From: Methanobacteriota archaeon
GTDB lineage: Archaea; Thermoplasmatota; Poseidoniia; Poseidoniales; Thalassarchaeaceae
Direction of reading: 5' to 3'
NCBI GenBank assembly: GCA_028355015.1
Contig: JAOMRN010000003.1
Coordinates: forward strand, 48,142 to 112,141
DNA: 64,000 nt
Shown here piece after piece: positions 1 to 9,809 of this stretch; within the stretch, counting starts at the first letter, position 1; every line of letters starts with the position of its first letter. Both the position numbers and the translations under genes were made by a program. The notes under the pieces are model-generated. The model had not been told where the DNA came from and did not search any database. It was given only the letters and a program-made list of their open reading frames with translations.

Positions 1-988
1 CCGGATTACCATTATTATTTGTCACATTAATCCAAGCCGAAATATCCATATTAATTGGAGATAATGGATATTCTAAATCAATATTTATTGTCTTTTGCCT
101 ACTGGTTGCCTGATATGATGATAGCGAATGAACTGCTGTGAAACCTAAACTTTCTATTGTTTCCATTTTCACATCTCCTCTAATAGCTGGACAAAACCAC
201 TTGTAACCGGTATCATCACCATCTGCATTAGTGCTAGATATATTGTATGAAGTACTGCAACCTCCATAATTAACGCCTGAAAAACCTTGGCTGACTACTT
301 CATAATTTGCACTTCTTTGAGATACGCTGTCGTCAGGAATATCTACATAGTCACTTTGACCATCATAATTCGTAGTTGCAGTATAATTCTGGCTCCATGA
401 TTCTCCAACTGACAACGGGAAGTCATATCCTTCTAATGGGGGCGAATAAGACTGATCTACCTCTAGGGTGCCAACTGAAACATCAACGCACCACCATAAA
501 AAATCTCTACAGAAATTAATATCAATCACCGCATTTTGAGATACAGTTGCAAGATCAGAGACTCTTACTGTAGAAACAGTACTCATAGTTACTTCTAAAT
601 CTCCTGGTTGGCCGTCAAGATTAATACTATTCGCTTCATAATAGCCATCTGATTCAACCTTGTAAACCAGAGTTGGATTATTATCTACTGTTGTCAAATA
701 AATATCTGTTACCGTACTTTCCAAAGTGCCTGTTAGAGTCTCTAAATCTGTATTTACTCCTGAATCAACTATGAAATCTACCATGTCTAAGTAACCATTG
801 TAGTTCCACCTGTCATTTACTTTCCAATCCGGGATATCAATTAAGTTTGAACTTCTAGATATTGAATCTATGCGTATTTTACTTTCTTCAAGTTCCTCTA
901 TCTGATTATCAGGGGCATATATTCCCGAAAATACCGAAATTAATAATAGAAAGGTCAGAAAATAAACTGTCTCAATCCGAGAGCGCAT
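1..988 (-). CDS. Secreted/surface protein, 3'-truncated by window edge (not in ORF track)
   Basis: Manual translation from ATG 988: MRSRIETVYFLTFLLLISVFSGIYA (signal/TM) then IDIPDWKVNDRWNY...; frame open to window start; Ser/Thr/Asp-rich, probably beta-rich. Confidence 0.75.
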   Translation of the reverse strand, partial: MRSRIETVYFLTFLLLISVFSGIYAPDNQIEELEESKIRIDSISRSSNLIDIPDWKVNDRWNYNGYLDMVDFIVDSGVNTDLETLTGTLESTVTDIYLTTVDNNPTLVYKVESDGYYEANSINLDGQPGDLEVTMSTVSTVRVSDLATVSQNAVIDINFCRDFLWWCVDVSVGTLEVDQSYSPPLEGYDFPLSVGESWSQNYTATTNYDGQSDYVDIPDDSVSQRSANYEVVSQGFSGVNYGGCSTSYNISSTNADGDDTGYKWFCPAIRGDVKMETIESLGFTAVHSLSSYQATSRQKTINIDLEYPLSPINMDISAWINVTNNNGNP

Positions 989-1048
989 AGCGCTCTCGCA
1001 TAGTTACTCACACATCAATCTCTCGATTGAAGTTTCTCAAATTAAATT

Positions 1049-1765
1049 TCACAGTAAATCTGCTAACTCATCTTGTATGAACTGGACTGCTTCAAGAATC
1101 TCATCCTTGTGTCTTGCACCAGTAATAACCATCTTTCCACTTCCGAAAATTAGGCATACAACTTTAGGGTAATCTAATCTGTAAATAAGTCCAGGGAATT
1201 GTTCTGGCTCATACTCTACTTTGTCGAAAGGTAAGTGGAAGGTCAGATTATTTAGATTCAACTTTCTTGGAAGTGCAGCTAAAGGTTCTCCTTGTCTAAT
1301 TCCACGGATTCGGTCATCATTTGCTTCAACTTCTTCATCTGTTGCGGCTCTAATTGCTCCTCCTTCTAAATCAATGACACGTGTATTGTTATCATCCATT
1401 CTGGCGGTTCCATTATAGTCTTCTGGATAGAACAGAGAGTATGTAGCTACCATATTTTGAACTTCTATTTCAACATCCTTTAAGTCCCATGTGTCAATTC
1501 CTGCATTCTGTAAATCAGCAGTCATTCTTTCGATACCTGTGTGGATATTTTGTTCATTCTTTCCACCTGTGCAAACTGCTCTTCCTGAACGGAACATAAG
1601 GATTGCAAGTTTTGGGTCAACGACTCTGTAAACAACCCCTGGGAACTGTTCAGGTTCATACTCACAATTCAGCTGAATTGCGATATCCGGAAGATCTAGT
1701 TCTTCCGCGACTCGGGTTGATGCAACTACATTCACTACAGTTAGGCGTTCTTCGTCACTAAGCAT
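1049..1765 (-). CDS. tbp: TATA-box binding protein with 54-aa insertion in repeat 2
   Basis: Two TBP repeats: NVVAS..EYEPEQFPGVVYR..MFRSGRAVCTG and NMVAT..EYEPEQFPGLIYR..IFGSGKMVITG; start moved to MLSDEE because TTTATAAG lies about 21 nt upstream. Confidence 0.96.
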   Translation of the reverse strand: MLSDEERLTVVNVVASTRVAEELDLPDIAIQLNCEYEPEQFPGVVYRVVDPKLAILMFRSGRAVCTGGKNEQNIHTGIERMTADLQNAGIDTWDLKDVEIEVQNMVATYSLFYPEDYNGTARMDDNNTRVIDLEGGAIRAATDEEVEANDDRIRGIRQGEPLAALPRKLNLNNLTFHLPFDKVEYEPEQFPGLIYRLDYPKVVCLIFGSGKMVITGARHKDEILEAVQFIQDELADLL

Positions 1766-1786
1766 ATCATTCGCACTTATGTCCCC

Positions 1787-1794
1787 CTTATAAA
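1787..1794 (-). promoter_or_regulatory. TATA box (TTTATAAG) of tbp, leaderless-type spacing
   Basis: Canonical archaeal TATA ending 21 nt before ATG 1765. Confidence 0.6.
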
Positions 1795-1846
1795 GAATAG
1801 TTGTCATTAAATCGAACAAAAGTCCGATTTCAAGCGATTAATTCGG

Positions 1847-2845
1847 TCAATTTCCTCTCAGATGAGCACCCTTGGAACCAAATTTGGAGATTAATGGTTT
1901 ACCTCCGCATATTTCAATTTCTTGAGCTACTCTTTCTGGATTATTTGTCAAGGCAACCATACATCCTCCACCTCCTGCTCCAGTCAGTTTTGAACCGAAT
2001 GAGTGTTGTCTAGTCATAGATACCATATTATCTAATGCCGGAGTACTAACTCCAAGAATCTTTAATTTCTCATGACAACTATTCATTGCTATGCCAACGG
2101 CCTCTAAACTCCCTAATTCTAGAGCTTTAAGACCCGCTTTTGTAATGTTTTCAATTGCTTCCATCTCATCATAAAGTTCTGGGTTTTCTTTCAATCTACT
2201 AGCCACCCCAGATACCATGTCGCCAGTAGGTGATGCTTCTCCAGTAAATCCCAGAACTAGCCAAGAATTAATTATTTTCTCATGTAAATCAATACTGTGT
2301 ATTGACCATTTTCTCTCCCCCTCTGGCGTCATCAGGCTAGTATCAAAAACATGCTCCCAATCCTCATTTTTTTCACCCGAAACTACGACGCAACCTCCCA
2401 ATGAACTAGCCGCTGAATCGGTGGGGCTGGCTCTTCCTGATTGAGCGCTGGCTTCTGCCGAATGACCTATTTTAGCCAATTCTATGCGATCAATTTTTTC
2501 TTCAGGTTTTGTTAATTTATGGAGGGCGGCTCCCATTGCATTTGATAATGCGGCACTAGATCCAAGTCCTGCTGCAGAAAACAAATCAGATTCAATATTT
2601 ATTCTTAGAGGGGGGCCATCATAATCAAAAATATCATTAATAATATGGTGGATATGTGGATTTTTTTCTTCTTGATATTTCATATATTCATTTGCATAGT
2701 ATGAATTTTTAATTCCCCATTCATCAGAAAAATCTAGTTTTACTTCTACTCCTGCATCGATTGCTACTGCTACTGCAGGATGCCCATAGACTACTGCATG
2801 CTCTCCAAATAAGATACACTTCCCGGGTGCGAAGGCAGTTGCCAT
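1847..2845 (-). CDS. mvk: Mevalonate kinase (GHMP family)
   Basis: APGKCILFGEHAVVYGHPAVA, AGLGSSAA, SKLTGAGGGGC motifs. Confidence 0.93.
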   Translation of the reverse strand: MATAFAPGKCILFGEHAVVYGHPAVAVAIDAGVEVKLDFSDEWGIKNSYYANEYMKYQEEKNPHIHHIINDIFDYDGPPLRINIESDLFSAAGLGSSAALSNAMGAALHKLTKPEEKIDRIELAKIGHSAEASAQSGRASPTDSAASSLGGCVVVSGEKNEDWEHVFDTSLMTPEGERKWSIHSIDLHEKIINSWLVLGFTGEASPTGDMVSGVASRLKENPELYDEMEAIENITKAGLKALELGSLEAVGIAMNSCHEKLKILGVSTPALDNMVSMTRQHSFGSKLTGAGGGGCMVALTNNPERVAQEIEICGGKPLISKFGSKGAHLRGN

Positions 2846-2948
2846 GACTATCGGTGATGGGTATAGGAAATTAGTATTGGGTACGTTCAATCAATCGGTT
2901 AATTGAAAGTGCGGTTTCTCTTCCGAGGCACATTCGGGGTAACTCAAG

Positions 2949-4961
2949 ATGGAAATGATGCACCCTTTAGAAATGCAATACGGGCCTGTTGACGGCTGGA
3001 TTATACTTCTTTTGATGGGTGGTTTATCTATCTCATTTTTCATATATCAAGTAGTGAAAGCGACTAGATTAGTAATGTTAGGAGCTCCAGACAATAGATT
3101 TGATTCTTGGGGTATTAGAATTAAAGAAATGCTGGTGGGCTGGCTAGGTCAAAAGAAAGTGCTCAGAGATAAGGTGGCAGGAACGATGCACGTCCTAATG
3201 TTCTGGGGTTTCCTCATGCTTGGAAGCGATATGTTAGATCTTGTAAGTGCAAATTATTTCTCAGATAAAATATTGCCCGAATTCCTTAATAATCCTTGGA
3301 ATGGAATTGTAGAATTAGGGTACATGACCGCTCTCTTGGGTGCCTTAGCTGCCTTGACTAGAAGGGTACTTTTCACCCCTGAAAAACTCAAAGGTAAATC
3401 TCAATTAGAAGGTAATTTTATTCTAGTTTTAATTTTGACAATAACCTCTACTTCTTTCATCATTGAGTCCTCTGAGAATCCTTCTTCAATATGGGAGCCT
3501 CTTGGCCATTGGGTCTCTGGTCTTGGTTTATCTGAAAATTTCATAGTAGCATCTTATTGGGCTCACATGATTTCGATTTGTTGCTTCTTAGTATTAATTC
3601 CTGTATCTAAGCATATGCATCTAGTTATGGCAATACCAAACGTATTCTTTCATGATACGCAAGCACTTGGTAAAATGCGTCCTCTTGCGATAGGAGATGA
3701 TGGCAAAGCGGTTCCTCTAGAAGATCTTGATATCGATTCTTTTGGAGTTAGTACGTTTGATCAATATACTTGGAGGCAGATTATTGATGGATGGTCATGT
3801 ACATCATGTGCGCGATGCCAGGACGTTTGTCCCGCTTATGAATCGGGCAAAGGCTTGAATCCAATGCAAGTAATCCATGATGTCAGGAACTATGCAAATG
3901 AATATGCTCCAATTCTCTTGAAGGGTGAAAATCCGGAGGAAACAATGTTAGCAAGAATCACCAGTGAGGCAGTTTGGGCGTGTACAACTTGTAACGCCTG
4001 TGTAGATATATGCCCTCTGTACATTGAACATGTCCCGAAACTAACAGAATTGAGAAGAAATGCTATGATGGAAACAATGGATTATCCTGAAGAACTAAAT
4101 GTTGCTATGGGTAATCTAGAATCTGCATCTAATCCATATGGTTTTGGCCCACATGAGAGGGCAGACTGGGCTTCTGATTTAGATGTCAAAGTAGGTCAGC
4201 CAGCAGAATATATTTATTTCGTAGGATGCGCAGCTAGTTTTGATGAAAGAAATCAAAAAGTAGCACGTGCAACAATTTCTCTGATGAAAGAGGCAGGATT
4301 AGATGTTGGAATCTTAGGGATGCAAGAAGGTTGTTCAGGTGATCCTGCAAGAAGAGCAGGTAACGAATACTTATTCCAAATGTTGGCTGAAACAAATATT
4401 ACGACATTCCAAGAATTAGGTGTTAAAAGAATCGTTGCCTCTTGTCCTCATTGCTTCCATACTCTAGGGAAAGAGTATGCAGATTATGGTGCTGATGAGT
4501 TAGAAGTATTCCATCATACAGAAATCATGGCAAAACTACAGGAAGAAGGAAAACTTCCTGAATTTGATAAAGATGGCACGAGTATCACTTATCATGACCC
4601 TTGCTATCTTGGTAGGATAGGAGACGTTATTGATGAACCTAGATCTGTATTAGGGGGTATTGATGTTGAAGTAGAGAGACATGGAAAAGATTCTTTTTGT
4701 TGCGGAGCGGGTGGCGCTCAGATGTGGATGGAAGAGGATTCTGATAAACGAGTCAATAAGATTCGCGCAGAAGAGATAGCAGCAACTGGTTGTGAAACAG
4801 TTGCAATAGGCTGCCCCTTTTGTTCAGTTATGGTAAAAGACGGATTAGACTCAGTAGGTTCTGACATGGATGTAAAAGATGTTGCAGAACTACTTTGGGA
4901 GCAGATTGTTGCTAGAGACGAAGAAATTCATGCGACGGCAAGTTTGAGTAATGAATCATGA
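2949..4961 (+). CDS. Membrane Fe-S oxidoreductase (FadF/HdrD-GlpC like: TM domain + 2 ferredoxin motifs + CCG domains)
   Basis: N-terminal TMs, CTSCARCQDVCP, CTTCNACVDICP, ASCPHC, YHDPCYLGR, CCGAGG, GCPFC. Confidence 0.88.
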   Translation: MEMMHPLEMQYGPVDGWIILLLMGGLSISFFIYQVVKATRLVMLGAPDNRFDSWGIRIKEMLVGWLGQKKVLRDKVAGTMHVLMFWGFLMLGSDMLDLVSANYFSDKILPEFLNNPWNGIVELGYMTALLGALAALTRRVLFTPEKLKGKSQLEGNFILVLILTITSTSFIIESSENPSSIWEPLGHWVSGLGLSENFIVASYWAHMISICCFLVLIPVSKHMHLVMAIPNVFFHDTQALGKMRPLAIGDDGKAVPLEDLDIDSFGVSTFDQYTWRQIIDGWSCTSCARCQDVCPAYESGKGLNPMQVIHDVRNYANEYAPILLKGENPEETMLARITSEAVWACTTCNACVDICPLYIEHVPKLTELRRNAMMETMDYPEELNVAMGNLESASNPYGFGPHERADWASDLDVKVGQPAEYIYFVGCAASFDERNQKVARATISLMKEAGLDVGILGMQEGCSGDPARRAGNEYLFQMLAETNITTFQELGVKRIVASCPHCFHTLGKEYADYGADELEVFHHTEIMAKLQEEGKLPEFDKDGTSITYHDPCYLGRIGDVIDEPRSVLGGIDVEVERHGKDSFCCGAGGAQMWMEEDSDKRVNKIRAEEIAATGCETVAIGCPFCSVMVKDGLDSVGSDMDVKDVAELLWEQIVARDEEIHATASLSNES

Positions 4962-4995
4962 GTATAATCTTAAAGTCTGTCTCATTCGACCAACT

Positions 4996-5391
4996 ATGAG
5001 TGATGAATTCAAATTTATGAGGACTTCTGTTCCAAACTTTGCAATCATATGTGGCGGCCTTCTTGTTATGTCTGGTATCGCCTCATATCTAATCAGCGAT
5101 ACGGGTAGTTTAACAGCGTTAATACCATCTATTTTTGGTGCTCCATTAATAATTTTAGGCCTTCTTTCAAATAAAAATATATCTAATAAGCATCATTATA
5201 TGCATGCTTCAATGGTTTTTGCTCTTATTTCAGTAATGGGTGGCCTAAGGATATTTTCAACATGGTCAGATGCAAGTGATTTAACAATATTTTCCCATCT
5301 ATTTTTGATAATAATTGGAGTTACATTTATGATTTCTGGAATACTTTCTTTCAGACATGCGAGGAAGTTGAGAGAGTCACTGGGTGAATAA
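4996..5391 (+). CDS. Small membrane protein (about 4 TM)
   Basis: Four hydrophobic segments; SLTALIP and HHYMHA motifs; start chosen at MSDEFK. Confidence 0.65.
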   Translation: MSDEFKFMRTSVPNFAIICGGLLVMSGIASYLISDTGSLTALIPSIFGAPLIILGLLSNKNISNKHHYMHASMVFALISVMGGLRIFSTWSDASDLTIFSHLFLIIIGVTFMISGILSFRHARKLRESLGE

Positions 5392-5393
5392 AA

Positions 5394-6080
5394 ATGAGGC
5401 CACTGATAGGTATTACTACCTCGGTAAATTCTAGAGATTATGAAATACCTAATCAATCAGTTGTAATATTACCAGAAAACTATCCTAAAGCAATCAGGAA
5501 AGCAGGGGGTATCCCTCTTTTAATATCTGAATGTGATGATGTGGACGAGCTCTTAGACTGTTTAGATGGATTAGTTATTTCTGGAGGAAGAGACATCAAT
5601 CCTAATTTGTATAGTCAAACTCCTCATGAAAAAACAACTGATTTTAGTGACATACAAGATTCATGGGAGATTTCTCTAATAGAAGGTGCAATAGAGAGGG
5701 GTCTCCCTCTTCTTTGTATCTGTCGAGGGCATCAATTACTTTGCGTAATCCGAGGTGGTCAATTGTTTCAGGATCTTCCTACTACTGAAGGATATGAAGA
5801 GCATGGTGCGACAGGTGGTAATTGGTCAGAACATATTATCAAACTTGAAAAAGATTCTTTAATATTCGAATTACTAGGTTCTGAAATTAGGGGAAACTCC
5901 GGACATCATCAAGGAGTATCTGATGCGGGAGATTTGAGAGTAGTAGGTAAGACATCAGATGGTTTGATTGAGGCTGTTGAATTAAATGATTATCCCTTCT
6001 TAATTTCAACCCAGTGGCATCCTGAAATGTTGGGGCAAGATTCGGTATTTGAGGGGTTAATTCAAGCCTCTTCAAGATAA
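5394..6080 (+). CDS. Gamma-glutamyl-gamma-aminobutyrate hydrolase family (peptidase C26, PuuD-like)
   Basis: RPLIGIT, LDGLVISGGRDINP, CICRGHQ, NSGHHQGV, TQWHPE. Confidence 0.9.
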   Translation: MRPLIGITTSVNSRDYEIPNQSVVILPENYPKAIRKAGGIPLLISECDDVDELLDCLDGLVISGGRDINPNLYSQTPHEKTTDFSDIQDSWEISLIEGAIERGLPLLCICRGHQLLCVIRGGQLFQDLPTTEGYEEHGATGGNWSEHIIKLEKDSLIFELLGSEIRGNSGHHQGVSDAGDLRVVGKTSDGLIEAVELNDYPFLISTQWHPEMLGQDSVFEGLIQASSR

Positions 6081-6120
6081 TATACAATTTGATTATTAAT
6101 TATGTCTTGCACGGCTAGTT

Positions 6121-6828
6121 ATGCCGGTAGGCAATAGTCCAGTGATTGGTATTACTTGTCCTTCTCGACCTACTAAATGGGCTAATTGGGATTTAGATGC
6201 AGTAGTGTTACCTACGACTTATCATAAGATGGTGATGCAATGTGGAGGAATACCTCTACTTATTCCTCCTGGCTGTAGTTCCGAAGTTATGAATAGGATT
6301 GATGGGTTAATAATCTCAGGTGGCCCTGACATTAATCCTCAGATATATGGTCAGAATAGTGGCTCATATACTAATGAAATATATCCTGCACAAGATGATT
6401 CAGAGATTGAGTTGATAAAATCTGCAATAGATAAGGACGTACCTCTTTTATGTATATGTAGAGGTTTTCAATTGTTATGTGCGATAAATGGAGGGGAGTT
6501 ACATCAACATTTACCAGAAACAGTAGGGTATGAAAATCACGGTGGTTGGAACGGTAGAGTCACAGAGCATGGAGTAGATATCATAAAGGGTACAAAATTA
6601 GAGAAAATAATGGGTACACATATTACTGCTAATTCTACGCATCATCAAGGAGTTAGTAATGCAGGAAATCTACTAATTTCTGCTTATTCAAGTCATGATA
6701 ACTTGATTGAAGCAGTTGAAATTGAAGAACTTAGATTTTGCATAGGTGTCCAATGGCACCCCGAGAGGATTAAACACACTAATTTGTATCTTGAGTTCAT
6801 TGAAACAGCGCGAGGTTCATCACTGTAA
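6121..6828 (+). CDS. Second peptidase C26/PuuD-like glutamine amidotransferase
   Basis: PVIGIT, IDGLIISGGPDINP, CICRGFQ, NSTHHQGV, GVQWHPE. Confidence 0.9.
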   Translation: MPVGNSPVIGITCPSRPTKWANWDLDAVVLPTTYHKMVMQCGGIPLLIPPGCSSEVMNRIDGLIISGGPDINPQIYGQNSGSYTNEIYPAQDDSEIELIKSAIDKDVPLLCICRGFQLLCAINGGELHQHLPETVGYENHGGWNGRVTEHGVDIIKGTKLEKIMGTHITANSTHHQGVSNAGNLLISAYSSHDNLIEAVEIEELRFCIGVQWHPERIKHTNLYLEFIETARGSSL

Positions 6829-6852
6829 TACGTGCACCGTGATTTGATAGGC

Positions 6853-8283
6853 ATGGCGCAGCGACTCTATGATACCCGTTCTCGCAGTAAGAGAACCTTA
6901 GAGACATTAGTCGATGGTGAAGTCGGAATTTATGTATGTGGTATTACTCCTTATTCTCCCAGCCATATTGGTCATGCACGTCAAGCCATTGCCTTCGATA
7001 TCATAGTAAGGTGGCTAAGAAAGAGTGGTTTGAAAGTAAATCATATCACTAATTTTACTGATATTGATGATAAGATAATAAGTATTGCAAATGAAGAAAA
7101 TATAGATTTTCTCGATGTCGCGAATAGAAATATTGATGACTATTTTGAAGTTATGGATTTACTGAATGTGATCCCTGCTGATGCATATCCTAGAGTTACA
7201 GAAACCATACCCGGCATTATTGACATGATTAAGAATTTAATAGACAAAGGTCATGCTTACTCTTCATCCGATGGAGTTTACTTTGAAATTGATACTGCTC
7301 CTGAGAAGTATGGTCAGTTGACAGGACAAACATTAGAGATGGTTCGTGAGGGAGCGGGTGGTAGAGTTTCTGAAACTGGTTCTGGAAAAAAAAATCATAG
7401 AGATTTTGCTTTATGGAAAATAGCTAAACCTGGCGAACCATATTGGCCAAGCCCATGGGGGAACGGGCGCCCTGGTTGGCATATCGAATGTTCAGTAATG
7501 TCCTTGCAGCATCTTGGTGAAAAATTCGATATTCATGGCGGTGGTTCAGATTTAATTTTCCCTCATCATGAGGCAGAAATATTTCAATCAGAATGCTGCT
7601 TGAACCATGATCCTGTCGTACAATATTGGATGCACAATGGGATGATTAACGTTGATGGAGAAAAAATGAGTAAATCTTTAGGTAACTTTTGGACTATAAG
7701 GGATGCGATTTCTAAGATTGAACCATTGGAATTAAGATATAGTTTAATCAATGCCCCATATAGGCAACCTGTTGAATTTAATGATACGATACTTCAAGAT
7801 TCTTCAAGTCACTATCATAAATTATTGTCTGCATATGGGGAAGGCCTTTCGAAATCAGGTAAAAGTGATTGGAACGATTTAGATTTTTTACAAACGGCTG
7901 AATTAAATTTTTCCAATGGTATGGACGATGATTTCAATACTAGGGTGGCAATAGTTGAAATTCAATCCGTTGTCAAATATCTGAGGGAAAAATTAGATTC
8001 AGGTTCTGATAAAGAAATTTCATCAGCGGTCTCTTGGTTATCTGAGTTTGCAGGAAATGTGTTAGGAATATTGCCAGAAGATGAAGAGATTTTGGCAAAC
8101 ATTGAGAGGATTGAGGGTGAAAGAATGAGGCTCCAAGATCAAGTTATAGATTTACTCAGTCAGCGAAAAATAGCACGTCAGAATAAAGATTGGGGAAGAG
8201 CAGATTTAATTCGAAACCAATTAAATGAGATCGGAGTCATAGTTGAAGACTCTCCAAAAGGCCCTGTTTGGAAATTAAAATAA
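6853..8283 (+). CDS. cysS: Cysteine--tRNA ligase
   Basis: YVCGITPY, HIGH, GRPGWHIECS, DIHGGGSDLIFPHHE, KMSKS. Confidence 0.97.
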   Translation: MAQRLYDTRSRSKRTLETLVDGEVGIYVCGITPYSPSHIGHARQAIAFDIIVRWLRKSGLKVNHITNFTDIDDKIISIANEENIDFLDVANRNIDDYFEVMDLLNVIPADAYPRVTETIPGIIDMIKNLIDKGHAYSSSDGVYFEIDTAPEKYGQLTGQTLEMVREGAGGRVSETGSGKKNHRDFALWKIAKPGEPYWPSPWGNGRPGWHIECSVMSLQHLGEKFDIHGGGSDLIFPHHEAEIFQSECCLNHDPVVQYWMHNGMINVDGEKMSKSLGNFWTIRDAISKIEPLELRYSLINAPYRQPVEFNDTILQDSSSHYHKLLSAYGEGLSKSGKSDWNDLDFLQTAELNFSNGMDDDFNTRVAIVEIQSVVKYLREKLDSGSDKEISSAVSWLSEFAGNVLGILPEDEEILANIERIEGERMRLQDQVIDLLSQRKIARQNKDWGRADLIRNQLNEIGVIVEDSPKGPVWKLK

Positions 8284-8358
8284 TTTTCTAATTAATCAAT
8301 TAAACAATCGAGATTTGATAGCGAAGCACCGATAAGTCGCGCCATATCGCATAGTATT

Positions 8359-9795
8359 GTGTCTGACCTGTCCGTGGTACAAGCTATGTTTGTGATATTG
8401 ATAGTATCAGCTACTGCCACGGCTGGATGCCTAGAAGCGGTGGAATCAGAAATTAGTGCTGAAATTAATTGGGATGAAGATTTTATTTATGTCGACGACC
8501 CACTAACTCATAGTGACTCTAGAAATTTCATTGTAAGTTCTCCATTCTCTAATGAGACATGGGGGAATTCTTCATGGGCGGTATTTGGAAATGAAGAAGG
8601 AGGGAACTGTTGTGAGCACTATCTCGCAGGAACTAAAGAAGGATGGATAGTTAATTTTGGAGGTGAATATCCAACATGGTCTGAAGATAGAGGACATACA
8701 TGGCAAGAATATCAACCCACACTCTTATCACAAATCGGTTGCTTAGAACCAAAACCAACATTGCCCGGTCAAGAGGGTCTAGGGGAGGGGAGTATAGTCC
8801 AAGCAACAAATGGCGATTTGATATCTATGGGGTGGTTCCCATATCCAAGTGCTAGTGGGGCTGACCAATTCTATGCGTTTCTTTATGATGCTGAGGACCA
8901 AGAATGGAGTTGGTGTTTCAATAGAACACCTGAGCCATTCTATGACCGTTCATGGCAAGTCGAGGTAATTGGACCAATTAATGGTGGTATTTATGGTAAT
9001 GGAGACTATGCGAGTCTAGTAATATCTAATTTTTGGCACCAAGTACAAAATGTAGGCGGGCAAATTTCTACTGATGGCCTAAATTATGATTATTTTCCAT
9101 TCCCTGATAGGGACGCTAATCTAGATAATATTGAAGTCAATCTTATCTCTTCAGAGTTAGGGGTGGAGTGGGATTTCACTAAACCTCATAAAGAGATGCG
9201 ATCATTTCCCGTGCCTTCTGGAGGATTGTATTTTCCTGATTATTTTATAGATGGTACTGATGCATTTTTGGATACTTCTCTCAATTGGTGGTCGGCTACG
9301 AATGAGAATGGTTCTTCACTTCCTTCAGAATACTGTTCTTTTGATTCATCAAGCGCTTTACATTGTGTGATTTCGGAAGGAAATTCATTGACTCATTTAC
9401 TATCATGGGATGGTGGTGAAACATGGGAAAACAATACCTATGATTTATCTGAATCTGCAAGTGCTATAGAGGAATGGGAATATCATTCAAGTGGTATACA
9501 TGACCTTTTCGTTCTAAATGTAAGGTACCAAAGTTCATCCGGTCCAGACATAGATGTTGCTTGGCATGTTAGAGAATTCTCAGAGAGCCTTATTCCTGAT
9601 TCTCAAACATATATTGGTCAAGGGGATTTAGATTCTACTTCAGGAGCAGGTGCTGACATACGATTTGATTTTGCTAGTATGGGTATACTTCCGGATGGCG
9701 GTTCTTTTATTGCGTATCATGATTCATCAGATCCAGACCCTCTATTTGCAGTAGAAATGCTTCTACCTAGTAATTATCAAGATAATATGATGTAA
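8359..9795 (+). CDS. Lipoprotein with BNR/Asp-box repeats (sialidase-like propeller)
   Basis: Lipobox-like TAGC; Asp-boxes SEDRGHTW and SWDGGETW; acidic. Confidence 0.6.
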   Translation: MSDLSVVQAMFVILIVSATATAGCLEAVESEISAEINWDEDFIYVDDPLTHSDSRNFIVSSPFSNETWGNSSWAVFGNEEGGNCCEHYLAGTKEGWIVNFGGEYPTWSEDRGHTWQEYQPTLLSQIGCLEPKPTLPGQEGLGEGSIVQATNGDLISMGWFPYPSASGADQFYAFLYDAEDQEWSWCFNRTPEPFYDRSWQVEVIGPINGGIYGNGDYASLVISNFWHQVQNVGGQISTDGLNYDYFPFPDRDANLDNIEVNLISSELGVEWDFTKPHKEMRSFPVPSGGLYFPDYFIDGTDAFLDTSLNWWSATNENGSSLPSEYCSFDSSSALHCVISEGNSLTHLLSWDGGETWENNTYDLSESASAIEEWEYHSSGIHDLFVLNVRYQSSSGPDIDVAWHVREFSESLIPDSQTYIGQGDLDSTSGAGADIRFDFASMGILPDGGSFIAYHDSSDPDPLFAVEMLLPSNYQDNMM

Positions 9796-9809
9796 TAAGA
9801 GTTGAAAAA

